DNA of 28,226 bases. Source: a virus (taxonomy: Duplodnaviria; Caudoviricetes). The DNA lies in the IMG/VR virus record IMGVR_UViG_3300046804_005150, positions 1 to 28,226 of that record; one strand, given 5' to 3'. Position 1 is the stretch's first letter. Every line of letters starts with the position of its first letter. The translations under genes were made by a program, and so were the position numbers. This document shows, piece by piece, positions 9,243 through 18,401 of the stretch. The notes under the pieces were generated by a model. The model had not been told where the DNA came from. It was given only the letters and a program-made list of their open reading frames with translations, and did not search any database.

Positions 9243-9815
9243 TCATTCTTTTCTCTTACACACCCACGCTATCGATTGAAATAGATCCGACTGATGATCA
9301 ACCAGCCCGTATTTGGAACATACTTCGGATATTTGAGATTCCTGCAATTCCAACCAATCCCACACTTTTCCCCTAATATGCTCATTAAAAAAGGTTGAAG
9401 ATTTAGAATAATCATGTCCCATGATGAAATCTCCAGATTTCATGTATTGAGAAAGTGTATTAAATTCCGCTGCTTTGTTTCCACCATCACACATGATCAA
9501 TTTTTTTCCATTCGAGTTCAATATCTCAAGTGCTTCTTGGTTGTTTACCTCGTTTTCTCCAAAAATATTGACTATTTTCACCTCTATCCCACATTCGATC
9601 AGTTTGGGGTGTTCTTCTTGCGTGGATATATCATAACTAACAATTCTTGAGTTTGGCGATGCATCTCTCAGATATCTTGTTAATCCTCCATTGAGTGTTC
9701 CAATTTCAATGATGATGTCAAATTTTTGCTCCTCCAAAAATGGGCCAATCACATGTCCAAAATGCTCATGTTGTGCCGCTCTGAATCCCTTGTAGTGTGT
9801 AAATCCGTGTATCAT
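9243..9815 (-). CDS. SAM-dependent O-methyltransferase (CmcI/Methyltransf_24-like)
   Basis: IIEIGTLNGG, SYDI, CDGGNK and GHDY motifs. Confidence 0.78.
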   Translation of the reverse strand: MIHGFTHYKGFRAAQHEHFGHVIGPFLEEQKFDIIIEIGTLNGGLTRYLRDASPNSRIVSYDISTQEEHPKLIECGIEVKIVNIFGENEVNNQEALEILNSNGKKLIMCDGGNKAAEFNTLSQYMKSGDFIMGHDYSKSSTFFNEHIRGKVWDWLELQESQISEVCSKYGLVDHQSDLFQSIAWVCKRKE

Positions 9816-10384
9816 GTCAAGTTTAAATTAATGTTGTTGTTAAAAAATACAATTCCCGTGCCAGAAAAATGACCATATTGTGTTATATCATATTTTTCAT
9901 GCTTTATTTCAGACCAAAATCTTTCCATTTCCTCGCTAAGATGTATGTCATCACACATCATTATTCCTTTCCAATTGTTTTCCACTAGGAAATTATAGAA
10001 CCATATTTCGTTGTGATAAAGATGGTCGATGTCCAAGAATATGAACTCCGACTTCAGAATTTCAGATTGTATTCGCTGATCGGTCTTGAAGTCCCCAATG
10101 CAAAACTCTATGTTGCTTGATGGTATGTCATTTCTGAATACTCCAACGTCCAAGCTGAGAACTTTATTATTCTTATTCTGGGATAATGCGATTGCCGACG
10201 CGCCTCGGTACGTTCCAATGTCAGATATTTGAATGTTGTCAAAGCAATACCCAAGATGTATCAATAGTCTATAATGTTCTTTTCCAGATTCCAAATGGAA
10301 CCATTGATTCGCATCTGGATGAATATGTTCTATATGCGAAGTTGATATGCAGTCCAAAATTACATTAGATAGTGAAATTTTCAT
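9812..10384 (-). CDS. SAM-dependent methyltransferase (Methyltransf_24-like)
   Basis: DIGTYRGASA, FLDIDH and CDDI motifs. Start placed at the ATGA overlap at 10384. Confidence 0.8.
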   Translation of the reverse strand: MKISLSNVILDCISTSHIEHIHPDANQWFHLESGKEHYRLLIHLGYCFDNIQISDIGTYRGASAIALSQNKNNKVLSLDVGVFRNDIPSSNIEFCIGDFKTDQRIQSEILKSEFIFLDIDHLYHNEIWFYNFLVENNWKGIMMCDDIHLSEEMERFWSEIKHEKYDITQYGHFSGTGIVFFNNNINLNLT

Positions 10385-11280
10385 GATATTTTCGAAATAT
10401 GTTCTTGAAGCTTTCCGCTGAATTGTTCCCACACTTTACTCTTATGTACATCAATGTCAATGGGATTAAAATGAATGTATTTATTATAATGATTTTCGAC
10501 TATATATTTTTTGCCAATCTCCGTCACAACCACGTTTCGCATGACATATTGAGATGCGTTTGCTGATTTGTAATTCAATGAAAATGCCGTCAACCATGTA
10601 TCGTCTGGTCCATACGGTCCTATAAAGTCTGGCACCGTTGCTGCTTGTAGCAAATCGTGGGATATGCACGTGAACCACCCTCCGCCAAACTTTATGGATG
10701 ATATTTTTTCTATATAAGGTGAGTCCAATTCCTGAGCCACTTGATTTATAGAATACATATCGAAGTAATCTCTATGATTATGCGGTTCTTTTAAATATTT
10801 TTTATTGGTTATGATGTCCCAAGAAGAATCCCAGTATCGTATAAGTTCTGGTGTGATGATGTAATTTTTTTCAGAAATTTGTTTAATCGCTACCTCAACG
10901 ACCTGTAAAATATGCATCGGAAAATACATGTCGGGGTCCAGCCATACAAATAAATCACATTTGTTCTTGTATTTGATGCTGTCATTTCTGCGTTTCGCCG
11001 CGCTGCCAAAGCAATTTAAATTATGATTGATGTCGAAGTCCAAATCGCACCAATTGCAAAGAACTTTTAGGTTTTCAAACTTATCTATGAAAAATTGTTT
11101 TGGAATTTTTGATTCTTCCCATCTCACTCTATGATCATCGGACGCATCCATTGTGATGGATAGTGTGTATTTCGTGTCACCTGACCGAAAACATGATGCC
11201 TCCTTCAAGTTTATGAGTATTCTTTCCAAGCCATCTATTTCCCAAGGAAAGATAAAAATACTGAATACAACATGTTTCAT
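10381..11280 (-). CDS. putative GT-A fold glycosyltransferase
   Basis: VWLDPD DxD motif, GGGWF and YGPDD. Start ATG 11280 lies just after the upstream stop. Confidence 0.62.
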   Translation of the reverse strand: MKHVVFSIFIFPWEIDGLERILINLKEASCFRSGDTKYTLSITMDASDDHRVRWEESKIPKQFFIDKFENLKVLCNWCDLDFDINHNLNCFGSAAKRRNDSIKYKNKCDLFVWLDPDMYFPMHILQVVEVAIKQISEKNYIITPELIRYWDSSWDIITNKKYLKEPHNHRDYFDMYSINQVAQELDSPYIEKISSIKFGGGWFTCISHDLLQAATVPDFIGPYGPDDTWLTAFSLNYKSANASQYVMRNVVVTEIGKKYIVENHYNKYIHFNPIDIDVHKSKVWEQFSGKLQEHISKIS

Positions 11281-11284
11281 GTCA

Positions 11285-12091
11285 TCAATTATACATGTTT
11301 TGCGTTGGTTGCCAAGGTTGCAATTTTCTTTCATGCTTCAGCACCTTCCAAGATGGATAATACAACCCCTTGCCTCTGCCATCATAATTTGGACCATACC
11401 ACGGATCTGGTATAACGATGTTACCACCTCGGGTATTCAGATATGCTCCCCACCAAGCAAACGTGCTGTTGGAAAGCACAAGATTTGGCATTCTGGACAT
11501 AAGAAACAATTGAGACCCAGCGTCACCTTCCACATATACAACATGTTTTCCAAACATTCTCTTACACCAATCAAAATCGTCTGAAAATACAAACAATTGG
11601 TCGCAATGTTGACAATACCTTTCAAGTGCCTCGTTGTAATATTTTTCTGCAAGCACACAGTGATTTTGCTGCAACATCAAATAGTCGCCACGACGAACAC
11701 TGACGCCTGCGGCATTTATAGACATTTCCAAGGTCGATATTCTTTCGTATATCTCATCGTTTGGAACGAAGTATTTGTATATCAAATCTTCCCTAATGTC
11801 ATCAAAATATTCATATGACTGATAAAATCCATTCAAAGTTAGATTTTTCAGATTTGGAATTGGAAAGTAAACATCTTCCTTTTCCTCGTGTCTGGTGTTT
11901 TCTTGTGGCAACTCTCCTCGCGGAAAATTATATCCAAACATACTTAGGTCAACAGGTCTTGTTCCCCTGTGTCCTGCATATGTGGTGTGAGGAAATATTA
12001 CATCGTCTCCGGATTTTTTTGCCACAGAGAGTGTGGCGGCAATCTGAAACATGTTATTACCAAGTCTACCGTTGAATGCGCAGCTGTTCAT
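11285..12091 (-). CDS. GT11 alpha-1,2-fucosyltransferase-like protein
   Basis: GRLGNNMFQ, GFYQS, VRRGDY, FSDD and NSTFAWWGAYL motifs. Confidence 0.92.
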   Translation of the reverse strand: MNSCAFNGRLGNNMFQIAATLSVAKKSGDDVIFPHTTYAGHRGTRPVDLSMFGYNFPRGELPQENTRHEEKEDVYFPIPNLKNLTLNGFYQSYEYFDDIREDLIYKYFVPNDEIYERISTLEMSINAAGVSVRRGDYLMLQQNHCVLAEKYYNEALERYCQHCDQLFVFSDDFDWCKRMFGKHVVYVEGDAGSQLFLMSRMPNLVLSNSTFAWWGAYLNTRGGNIVIPDPWYGPNYDGRGKGLYYPSWKVLKHERKLQPWQPTQNMYN

Positions 12092-12714
12092 TTTTTGACT
12101 ATTACACTTGTGATGCTATGGAAAAAATCTTTTTCGTGCAATTGAAATATTTTTGCGGATTCAAAATTTTCAGCCAAATAACTTATCTGCTTTTCATCTG
12201 CAAATGGTGTCTGCACATCAAATTTTTTGAAAATCCTATACAAAAAATCATATGTTGTTACTGGATCTCCACTGGGATTATATTGTTTTCCCAAAAAAGA
12301 GGTATGCAAATCTTCGATAATATAGACTCCCTTGGATTTCAAACATGGAAACAAAGTCGCGAAGGATGATATTTGATGATCGATCATGTGACTGCCATCA
12401 TCTATGATGATATCATATTCTGGAATTAATGCTGTACATTTTTCCAAGATGTCCTTTGGATTTTTTTGATCTGCAATCACTGTTCTGGTATATTGGCTAT
12501 CATATTGCTTCTTGTCGAGAATATCCACTCCAATTATGCTTGGGTTGCCATAAAATTCTTCCCACATTTTCAACGAAGCACCGTCATAAATTCCTATTTC
12601 AAGAATGGATGGATTTATGTATTTTTCCAAATATGGATAGTAGAATTCAGTAAAGCCATGCCCAGTGGCTTTATCCGTGTTATATTTCAATCCAAGTTCC
12701 GTTAATCTGTCCAT
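12088..12714 (-). CDS. sugar O-methyltransferase (MycE/TylE-like class I)
   Basis: TDK...HGF, LEIGIYDGAS, IIIDDGSH and GVYIIEDL motifs; start ATG 12714. Confidence 0.82.
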   Translation of the reverse strand: MDRLTELGLKYNTDKATGHGFTEFYYPYLEKYINPSILEIGIYDGASLKMWEEFYGNPSIIGVDILDKKQYDSQYTRTVIADQKNPKDILEKCTALIPEYDIIIDDGSHMIDHQISSFATLFPCLKSKGVYIIEDLHTSFLGKQYNPSGDPVTTYDFLYRIFKKFDVQTPFADEKQISYLAENFESAKIFQLHEKDFFHSITSVIVKK

Positions 12715-12715
12715 A

Positions 12716-13396
12716 TTATCCACGCCCCATGTTGGCATCTCTGGACCAGTTCTTGTTGTAGAACATATTTTGTGCACGTTGACGGTCAATTGTCTTGTCG
12801 TGAATAATAGACCACTCGACTTCTTTTGGCAAATTTGCCGTGACAGTGGCACCAGTTATTGTTTCATGCAATGGTTTGTGCCATTGAATCTTTAGGCTAT
12901 TTTTGTATATACGAGACTGATAGTCGCCGTGATTCCAATTTATGATTGGATGCTCTCCAAACTGTGGCAATTTGCTTAGATGCCATCCCCATGTTATTGC
13001 ATCTTGCTCTGTTGCGCCACGGACAATATTCACACGTGGAACTCTATACAATTCCACCGTTGGATTTGCTTTAAGTAACTCTTGCATATCCGTCAAAAAG
13101 CTTGGCCACAAATACTCATCCGCATCAAGTTGGACAATATAATCTCCAACGCAGCGTTTTCCACCGTAATTTTTATGCTCGGCAAAGTTCTTATTTAGGG
13201 CATGTTGTATTACAGTAAACCCATACGTTCTTGCATTATCCAATATCTTTTTTGTATCCTCGTTGTCCGAGAAGTCATCAAGAATGACGACTTCATCGCT
13301 GGGGGCATTGGTGTCGAGATGAGTTTTGAGCTTCTCGATCAGTTCAAGAAGCTCGCGTGTCTCATTCTTGCAAGTTACTAAATAACTTATTTTCAT
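12716..13396 (-). CDS. GT2 family glycosyltransferase
   Basis: ISYLVTCKNE, LDDFSD, NFAEHKN, QLDADE, DYQSRIY and LHE motifs. Confidence 0.9.
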   Translation of the reverse strand: MKISYLVTCKNETRELLELIEKLKTHLDTNAPSDEVVILDDFSDNEDTKKILDNARTYGFTVIQHALNKNFAEHKNYGGKRCVGDYIVQLDADEYLWPSFLTDMQELLKANPTVELYRVPRVNIVRGATEQDAITWGWHLSKLPQFGEHPIINWNHGDYQSRIYKNSLKIQWHKPLHETITGATVTANLPKEVEWSIIHDKTIDRQRAQNMFYNKNWSRDANMGRG

Positions 13397-14688
13397 CCTA
13401 CTGTTGATGCTGAAACTTTCTTGAATTTTGGCAATGTGATTGCGACCTTCTTTTCAAATGAAGGAATATTTTTTTCCAAAATGTCTATCAGTACTTTATT
13501 TCCGTTTTCCAGTGTGAATTTTTCAGAATTTTGGATGCGCAGTTTCTCGGCATTTGGAATATATTTTATGTAATTTTCAAACATATCTTCCAATTTTTGA
13601 GCGGCCACACTATAATTTATGGTAAACCATTTTGCTTCTTTTATTAACCAATCGTTGCATGCGCTTTGAGGAACATGGTCTATGGCACCGGGCAACAAAT
13701 TTGCCAATTCGGTTGGTAGGAAGTCAAGCTGTCCGCTCCATCCAGAAGCAAGCAACGGCTTTCCACTCAATGTGGCTTCCAACAATGGACGACCAAACCC
13801 TTCACCATGTGTGAAACTTACATGAGCCTTTATCTTTGGATGATTGTATAGTCTATTAAGCTCAATTGGATCCAATTCTCCGTGAATCAAATATACATTT
13901 GGAAGATCTCCGGACATATTTTGACGTATGTCATGTATCTTTTTCAAGATATCAGTCCTATCCATCTTGGAGAATGTTGCACCGCTAGTCTTCAATACAA
14001 GGGCTGGCTTGTTTTTCTTGTTCTTGAACACCTCGCTGAAAACTTTTACAAGCATTCCGATGTCTTTTCTGTCCGCACCAAGATCACCTTGCAGCCAATG
14101 GCCAACCATTAAAAAGCAAAAATCCTCACCTATCGCATTTAATGCCGTGTCTATTCCTTCCGACGGTTCTGATGTTTTCTTGTATACACTTGTATCAACA
14201 CCTTCAAACGCAACTTCAATTGGTCTATTCAATGTAATTTTCTCAGATGTTCCGTTTTCCAATTTCTTTTCGTATGATGCCCTAATAAATATCTCTTTTG
14301 AAAAGTTTGAAGGGACGATGTTAAGGTTCATTCTATTAAGACCTTCTACCCACTCTGGCTTTGGAACGGTGCTTTCTATTCCGGCAGTTATACCCACATT
14401 GTATTTTCCTATTGGTCTGAATTCATTTGGTATAGATACCTGAACGAATAGATCTGGCTGTTCAGTCAATCTGTTGATTATTTTGCTCTTTACCTCTTTG
14501 ACCATTGGACGGCTTTCATCATCCAACATTGTGTTTGGGCAAACTCCCCATCGCATGGGAACGATTTTCACATCAAATTTCCCCCAGTTGATTAAAGCCG
14601 TGGCAATTTGAAATGTATGATCACCATATCCAGAGCGAGATGCCACTGGACCCTGAAGTACACACACTGGTTTAATTTCGTTGCTCAT
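13393..14688 (-). CDS. GT4-like (GT-B fold) glycosyltransferase
   Basis: SGYG, RKD and HGEGFGRPLLEA (E-x7-E) motifs. Confidence 0.88.
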   Translation of the reverse strand: MSNEIKPVCVLQGPVASRSGYGDHTFQIATALINWGKFDVKIVPMRWGVCPNTMLDDESRPMVKEVKSKIINRLTEQPDLFVQVSIPNEFRPIGKYNVGITAGIESTVPKPEWVEGLNRMNLNIVPSNFSKEIFIRASYEKKLENGTSEKITLNRPIEVAFEGVDTSVYKKTSEPSEGIDTALNAIGEDFCFLMVGHWLQGDLGADRKDIGMLVKVFSEVFKNKKNKPALVLKTSGATFSKMDRTDILKKIHDIRQNMSGDLPNVYLIHGELDPIELNRLYNHPKIKAHVSFTHGEGFGRPLLEATLSGKPLLASGWSGQLDFLPTELANLLPGAIDHVPQSACNDWLIKEAKWFTINYSVAAQKLEDMFENYIKYIPNAEKLRIQNSEKFTLENGNKVLIDILEKNIPSFEKKVAITLPKFKKVSASTVG

Positions 14689-14709
14689 TTATAACCTTTT
14701 TTTGTTTTA

Positions 14710-15060
14710 TTATGGATTTGTTCCCGCTGTATTTTGATCGTCCTGCTCCGCGAAAACAGCGAATATTTCACTGACCACATCGCTGATCTCGTCCTTGTAT
14801 TCTTGTGCCTTGGCTTTCTTTTCCTTGGCAATTTCAAGACGCTTCTTTGTTGCTTCAAAGACACGACCCTTGGCAGCTTCTTCTGAAATTGCCTTCAAGT
14901 CCTTTTTTTCATAGGTATCCTGAATTTCATTCTTCAGTTCCTTATCTTCTTCGGCATAACTCTTCATTTCTGCCTTCTTGTCCTTTTCAAGTTCAAATAG
15001 TCTCTTTGTAAGATCATAAATCTTGTTTTTTGCTTCGTCTGTTGTTAGTGGTTTTGCCAT
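14710..15060 (-). CDS. helical protein made of two ~53-aa internal repeats
   Basis: K/E-rich; residues 3-46 align with residues 56-99. Confidence 0.7.
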   Translation of the reverse strand: MAKPLTTDEAKNKIYDLTKRLFELEKDKKAEMKSYAEEDKELKNEIQDTYEKKDLKAISEEAAKGRVFEATKKRLEIAKEKKAKAQEYKDEISDVVSEIFAVFAEQDDQNTAGTNP

Positions 15061-15069
15061 AATATTTTA

Positions 15070-16545
15070 TTAGTTGAATTTTTTAAGCGCTTCTTCTCTG
15101 TCGATCTTTGGTAGAATGAATCCGAGTTTCTTATCTGGCATGTTATGCCCTACGAATTCATCATGGCGATGAATATTGAATTTTTCTCTACCTTTCCAAT
15201 TTTCCAACATCATGTCAATACCAACCGCCATGTTCTCGCACATTTTTTCCGAACTGAGACCATCTGGTCCAATTAGCCACTCGCGTCCCTTCAATCCTCT
15301 TGCCTTGCGATTTTCTCTTCCAACTTCATACCAATGCATCATTGCCACAGCCGCGTCTTCCCAACGAGCATAATCTGCAAGAATATATGGGGTTGGAATA
15401 CTACCCTGAACCATTCTTGCTGCTGGAAATATCGGAGTGGCCCAAGTACCATGACTCTTGTATCTTCCATCGGCATTTGTGCCCCATTCAATATTGAATT
15501 CAATTGGTTTTCCATTTTCATCTGTGAATCCGCATTGATCCTGCAATCCGCCAGTTACTGTGACGATAATCGGCGTGCCAGCCGCGATGCTTTCCGCAGT
15601 TCCCAAACCAAATCCCTCATTGTCGGATAGATTAATGGTCACATCCGCAATGTTGTAGTATTGATTCAGACGCTCTGGCATGATCTTGTCTGTACTGAAT
15701 ATCACATCATAATTTGGACAAAATGCTGTTTTGCATGCATTAAGATCTGTACCTGCCTCGTCAGAAGGAGTCGTGTGCATGAATAGCACACATTTCTTTG
15801 CTTCTTCTGGTGTTAGATTATCACAAAAGTTGCGATATGCAAGCATTATTGTCGATGTCTGCTTGCGACGAATATTTCTGTTGTTATAGAACAACACGAA
15901 ATTGTAATCTTTCTTGAATAGTTGCTTTCTTAGTACAGTAAGCTCTTTCAATTCTTGATCAGTCGTCAATGGTCTAAATGTCTTGGTATTGATACCATGA
16001 GGAACGTATGTTACTTTTGTAGGATTATTAAGCGCAGTTCCAAGAACTCCTTCGACGATGTTTTTGGTCTGCTTGCTGATGCAGCCAATCCAATCACAGC
16101 TTTCATAGAATGCTCGATTATACATCGGATATGGAAGATCATCCCATATGCTGTAAAATCCTATGGGCATTCTTTGGCGAAGTTCACGCTCCATTTGATA
16201 CAGCCAATTCCAAAATCTTGGATCAGTGAAGTGAATCAATGCATCTGGCTTTTCCAAGTTTATGACCTCGTTTAATATTTCAGCATTACCGTAACCGTCT
16301 ACGGGATACAAGCGTACATATGAATCTGTGATTCCCGCCATTTGGTTGGCAGCACCGTCCAGATTCAATATTTTGCCTTTTTCAGGATGTTGAATACTAC
16401 CTGCCAACTGAACCCAGTTGTATTTTCCAGCTAGACCCGTTACAAACTCTCTTGCCATTGTGGCAATACCAGAATGCATTCTTAGGTCGTCGCACAGTAG
16501 TATGATTTTCTTTCTGTCCTTTTGAGGAATATAACCATTTGCCAT
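15070..16545 (-). CDS. GT4-like (GT-B fold) glycosyltransferase
   Basis: HSG, VPHGI, NRNIRRK and NEGFGLGTAE (E-x7-E) motifs, then TGGLQDQ. Confidence 0.9.
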   Translation of the reverse strand: MANGYIPQKDRKKIILLCDDLRMHSGIATMAREFVTGLAGKYNWVQLAGSIQHPEKGKILNLDGAANQMAGITDSYVRLYPVDGYGNAEILNEVINLEKPDALIHFTDPRFWNWLYQMERELRQRMPIGFYSIWDDLPYPMYNRAFYESCDWIGCISKQTKNIVEGVLGTALNNPTKVTYVPHGINTKTFRPLTTDQELKELTVLRKQLFKKDYNFVLFYNNRNIRRKQTSTIMLAYRNFCDNLTPEEAKKCVLFMHTTPSDEAGTDLNACKTAFCPNYDVIFSTDKIMPERLNQYYNIADVTINLSDNEGFGLGTAESIAAGTPIIVTVTGGLQDQCGFTDENGKPIEFNIEWGTNADGRYKSHGTWATPIFPAARMVQGSIPTPYILADYARWEDAAVAMMHWYEVGRENRKARGLKGREWLIGPDGLSSEKMCENMAVGIDMMLENWKGREKFNIHRHDEFVGHNMPDKKLGFILPKIDREEALKKFN

Positions 16546-16558
16546 ATATAACCGTTGT

Positions 16559-16586
16559 ATTATGTTTTAAATTTCAATTCTGTCAA
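16559..16586 (-). promoter_or_regulatory. sigma70-like promoter TTGACA-N16-CATAAT
   Basis: Intergenic; heads the glycosyltransferase block. Confidence 0.7.
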
Positions 16587-16590
16587 TGCT

Positions 16591-16800
16591 TTAAAATGCA
16601 GAACCGCTTACTTGTAGATCGTTTGTAGAATCAATCTTTGCTTTAAAGTCTGGATCGTTCGTGTACAAATAAACGCAGCGATTAACCAATTTTTGGAGCG
16701 TCATACCGCTACTTACACCAGATTCCTTGAACAAGGTGTACTTGTCCTTGAAAATGTGTATAGAAGTGAAGCTCGTTTCGTGATTTGATTTTAATTTCAT
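16591..16800 (-). CDS. small ribbon-helix-helix-like DNA-binding protein
   Basis: TSIHI beta strand, then two helices separated by GMT; AAAGGT SD upstream. Confidence 0.55.
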   Translation of the reverse strand: MKLKSNHETSFTSIHIFKDKYTLFKESGVSSGMTLQKLVNRCVYLYTNDPDFKAKIDSTNDLQVSGSAF

Positions 16801-16877
16801 ATATATTACCTTTCTCTATATACATATATATGAAATCATATATTCCGTTCATATAAAAACTAGATGTTGTTTATATA

Positions 16878-17888
16878 TCAGCCTTCTTTACCGTCGCAAT
16901 ACAATTTACCTTCTGGGCTTTTAAGGTCTTTGAAAATGCAGTACTTGCAATTTTTTCTTGCCTTTCCCGGATTTTTAATGAATTTATGAGCTGTATTATA
17001 CTCGCCTTCTTTGGTAAATCCTTCGTTTATAAAATCTAAGAAACTGGTTTCGACTTCCTTCATGCTCATCTTACCATCTGGTGGAGAAATACGTTGAATA
17101 CGTTGTTGTGGGAATTCAACATTTTCAAGCAGCTTTCTCTTGAGTACCATGAATTCGATCTCTATTTCGGACATAGGAATCTTGAACAACTGATTATAAA
17201 AACGCTTATAAAGCAACAGTTGATCTATTTTGGTTCTGTCTGCCTTCTGGTATTTGTTCCAACCATTGGTCGAAGTCTTGAAGTCCAAAATAAGAATTTT
17301 CTTTGTATCTTTGTCTCTTAATACAATATCAAGAAATCCTTTATATAATATTGTGCCGCCTCTCAATGGAATTTCAAGCGGAAGTTCAATGCCCACAATT
17401 TCATACTTCTTACTCGGAAAGTGCTTGCTGCGTTGAGCATATGCGAGCACATGATCCAATATAACCTTACCATCATTTTCAAACTCAGCTATTGTTTGCG
17501 GAGTAACGAGACCAAGTTCGTCTATCTCGTCTTCACTCAACTTCATTTGCTCCTCCGTCGCGATTTTTAGTTCTTTTAACCCTTCTTCGTATGATTTCTT
17601 AAATAGAGCAAATGTATCGAGAGCATCCGCTTCTGCGGTGCCCACTGTATATAATAATCTCAGATATTCTTGCAATGCCTCGTGGATACCAGTTCCAAAC
17701 ACGGTGTGTATGCTTGCTTCGTATGGGGCGAGTTTGTCTATGTACGAAAGCTTCCATTGCATCGGACATTTCAGCCACATGGCATATTGACTGAAGCTCA
17801 CTGTCTTCATTTTCTTGTCAGGCTCCTGAACCACTGCCTGTGTTTGAGACTTTACCTCTGGTTCTTCTTGGAAAAACTGGTTTGACAT
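16878..17888 (-). CDS. PD-(D/E)XK exonuclease, Cas4/AddB-like, with probable Fe-S Cys set
   Basis: SFSQ...KCP, GTGIH, E, GFLD and DFKT motifs; C-terminal CKYC...C; start ATG 17888. Confidence 0.88.
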   Translation of the reverse strand: MSNQFFQEEPEVKSQTQAVVQEPDKKMKTVSFSQYAMWLKCPMQWKLSYIDKLAPYEASIHTVFGTGIHEALQEYLRLLYTVGTAEADALDTFALFKKSYEEGLKELKIATEEQMKLSEDEIDELGLVTPQTIAEFENDGKVILDHVLAYAQRSKHFPSKKYEIVGIELPLEIPLRGGTILYKGFLDIVLRDKDTKKILILDFKTSTNGWNKYQKADRTKIDQLLLYKRFYNQLFKIPMSEIEIEFMVLKRKLLENVEFPQQRIQRISPPDGKMSMKEVETSFLDFINEGFTKEGEYNTAHKFIKNPGKARKNCKYCIFKDLKSPEGKLYCDGKEG

Positions 17889-17897
17889 ATTCGAAAC

Positions 17898-17925
17898 ACT
17901 ATATACCAACAAATCTTGGTGTCAA
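17898..17925 (-). promoter_or_regulatory. sigma70-like promoter TTGACA-N16-TATAGT
   Basis: The -10 element ends 9 nt before ATG 17888. Confidence 0.72.
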
Positions 17926-17966
17926 TCTATTTAAGGTTATATTTATTTAGAACAAACAAAAAACAT

Positions 17967-18401
17967 ATGCAAGGATTCACTCATATTTTGCAGAAGACCG
18001 GAGTCCTCAAAACATTCACGGTAGCAAAGATTGTGAAAAAACAAGACATAGATGATCTAAAAAAATTAATCAAAGATGTCGCGTCCGATGAAAATGAATA
18101 CAAACAATTGCTTTCAGAGGAACTTGCAAAATTATCAAATATGCACGATGTCAAAAATCCTATTCCCGGAATAATTTATGGTGCAAGTGATGGAGTTAAA
18201 CATCAATTGATAAAAGCTATCACCGTCAAATTTTCCCAAAATTTGAAACAACAAAAATTTGACAAAAAAGAGCTTGCATTTCTGATAACCGCGATAATAA
18301 ACGAGCTTGAACTAACACAAGAAGATTTTCAAAATCTAAAAAAAGATCTAGACAATGAAGATATGGATGATGAAGATGAAGACGAAGATGATGAATTTTA
18401 A
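17967..18401 (+). CDS. hypothetical protein with acidic C-terminal tail
   Basis: Lone plus-strand gene; A-rich leader before ATG 17967; ends DDEDEDEDDEF. Confidence 0.7.
   Translation: MQGFTHILQKTGVLKTFTVAKIVKKQDIDDLKKLIKDVASDENEYKQLLSEELAKLSNMHDVKNPIPGIIYGASDGVKHQLIKAITVKFSQNLKQQKFDKKELAFLITAIINELELTQEDFQNLKKDLDNEDMDDEDEDEDDEF

Noticed and set aside
2522-16545. Bacterial O-antigen or capsule locus
   Set aside because: There are no wzx/wzy/ABC export, priming transferase or NDP-sugar genes, and the block is interleaved with tiny ORFs and flanked by phage-type genes.
16878-17888. CRISPR-Cas locus suggested by the Cas4-like protein
   Set aside because: No repeat-spacer array or other cas genes are visible in the window; solo Cas4-like nucleases are common in phages.
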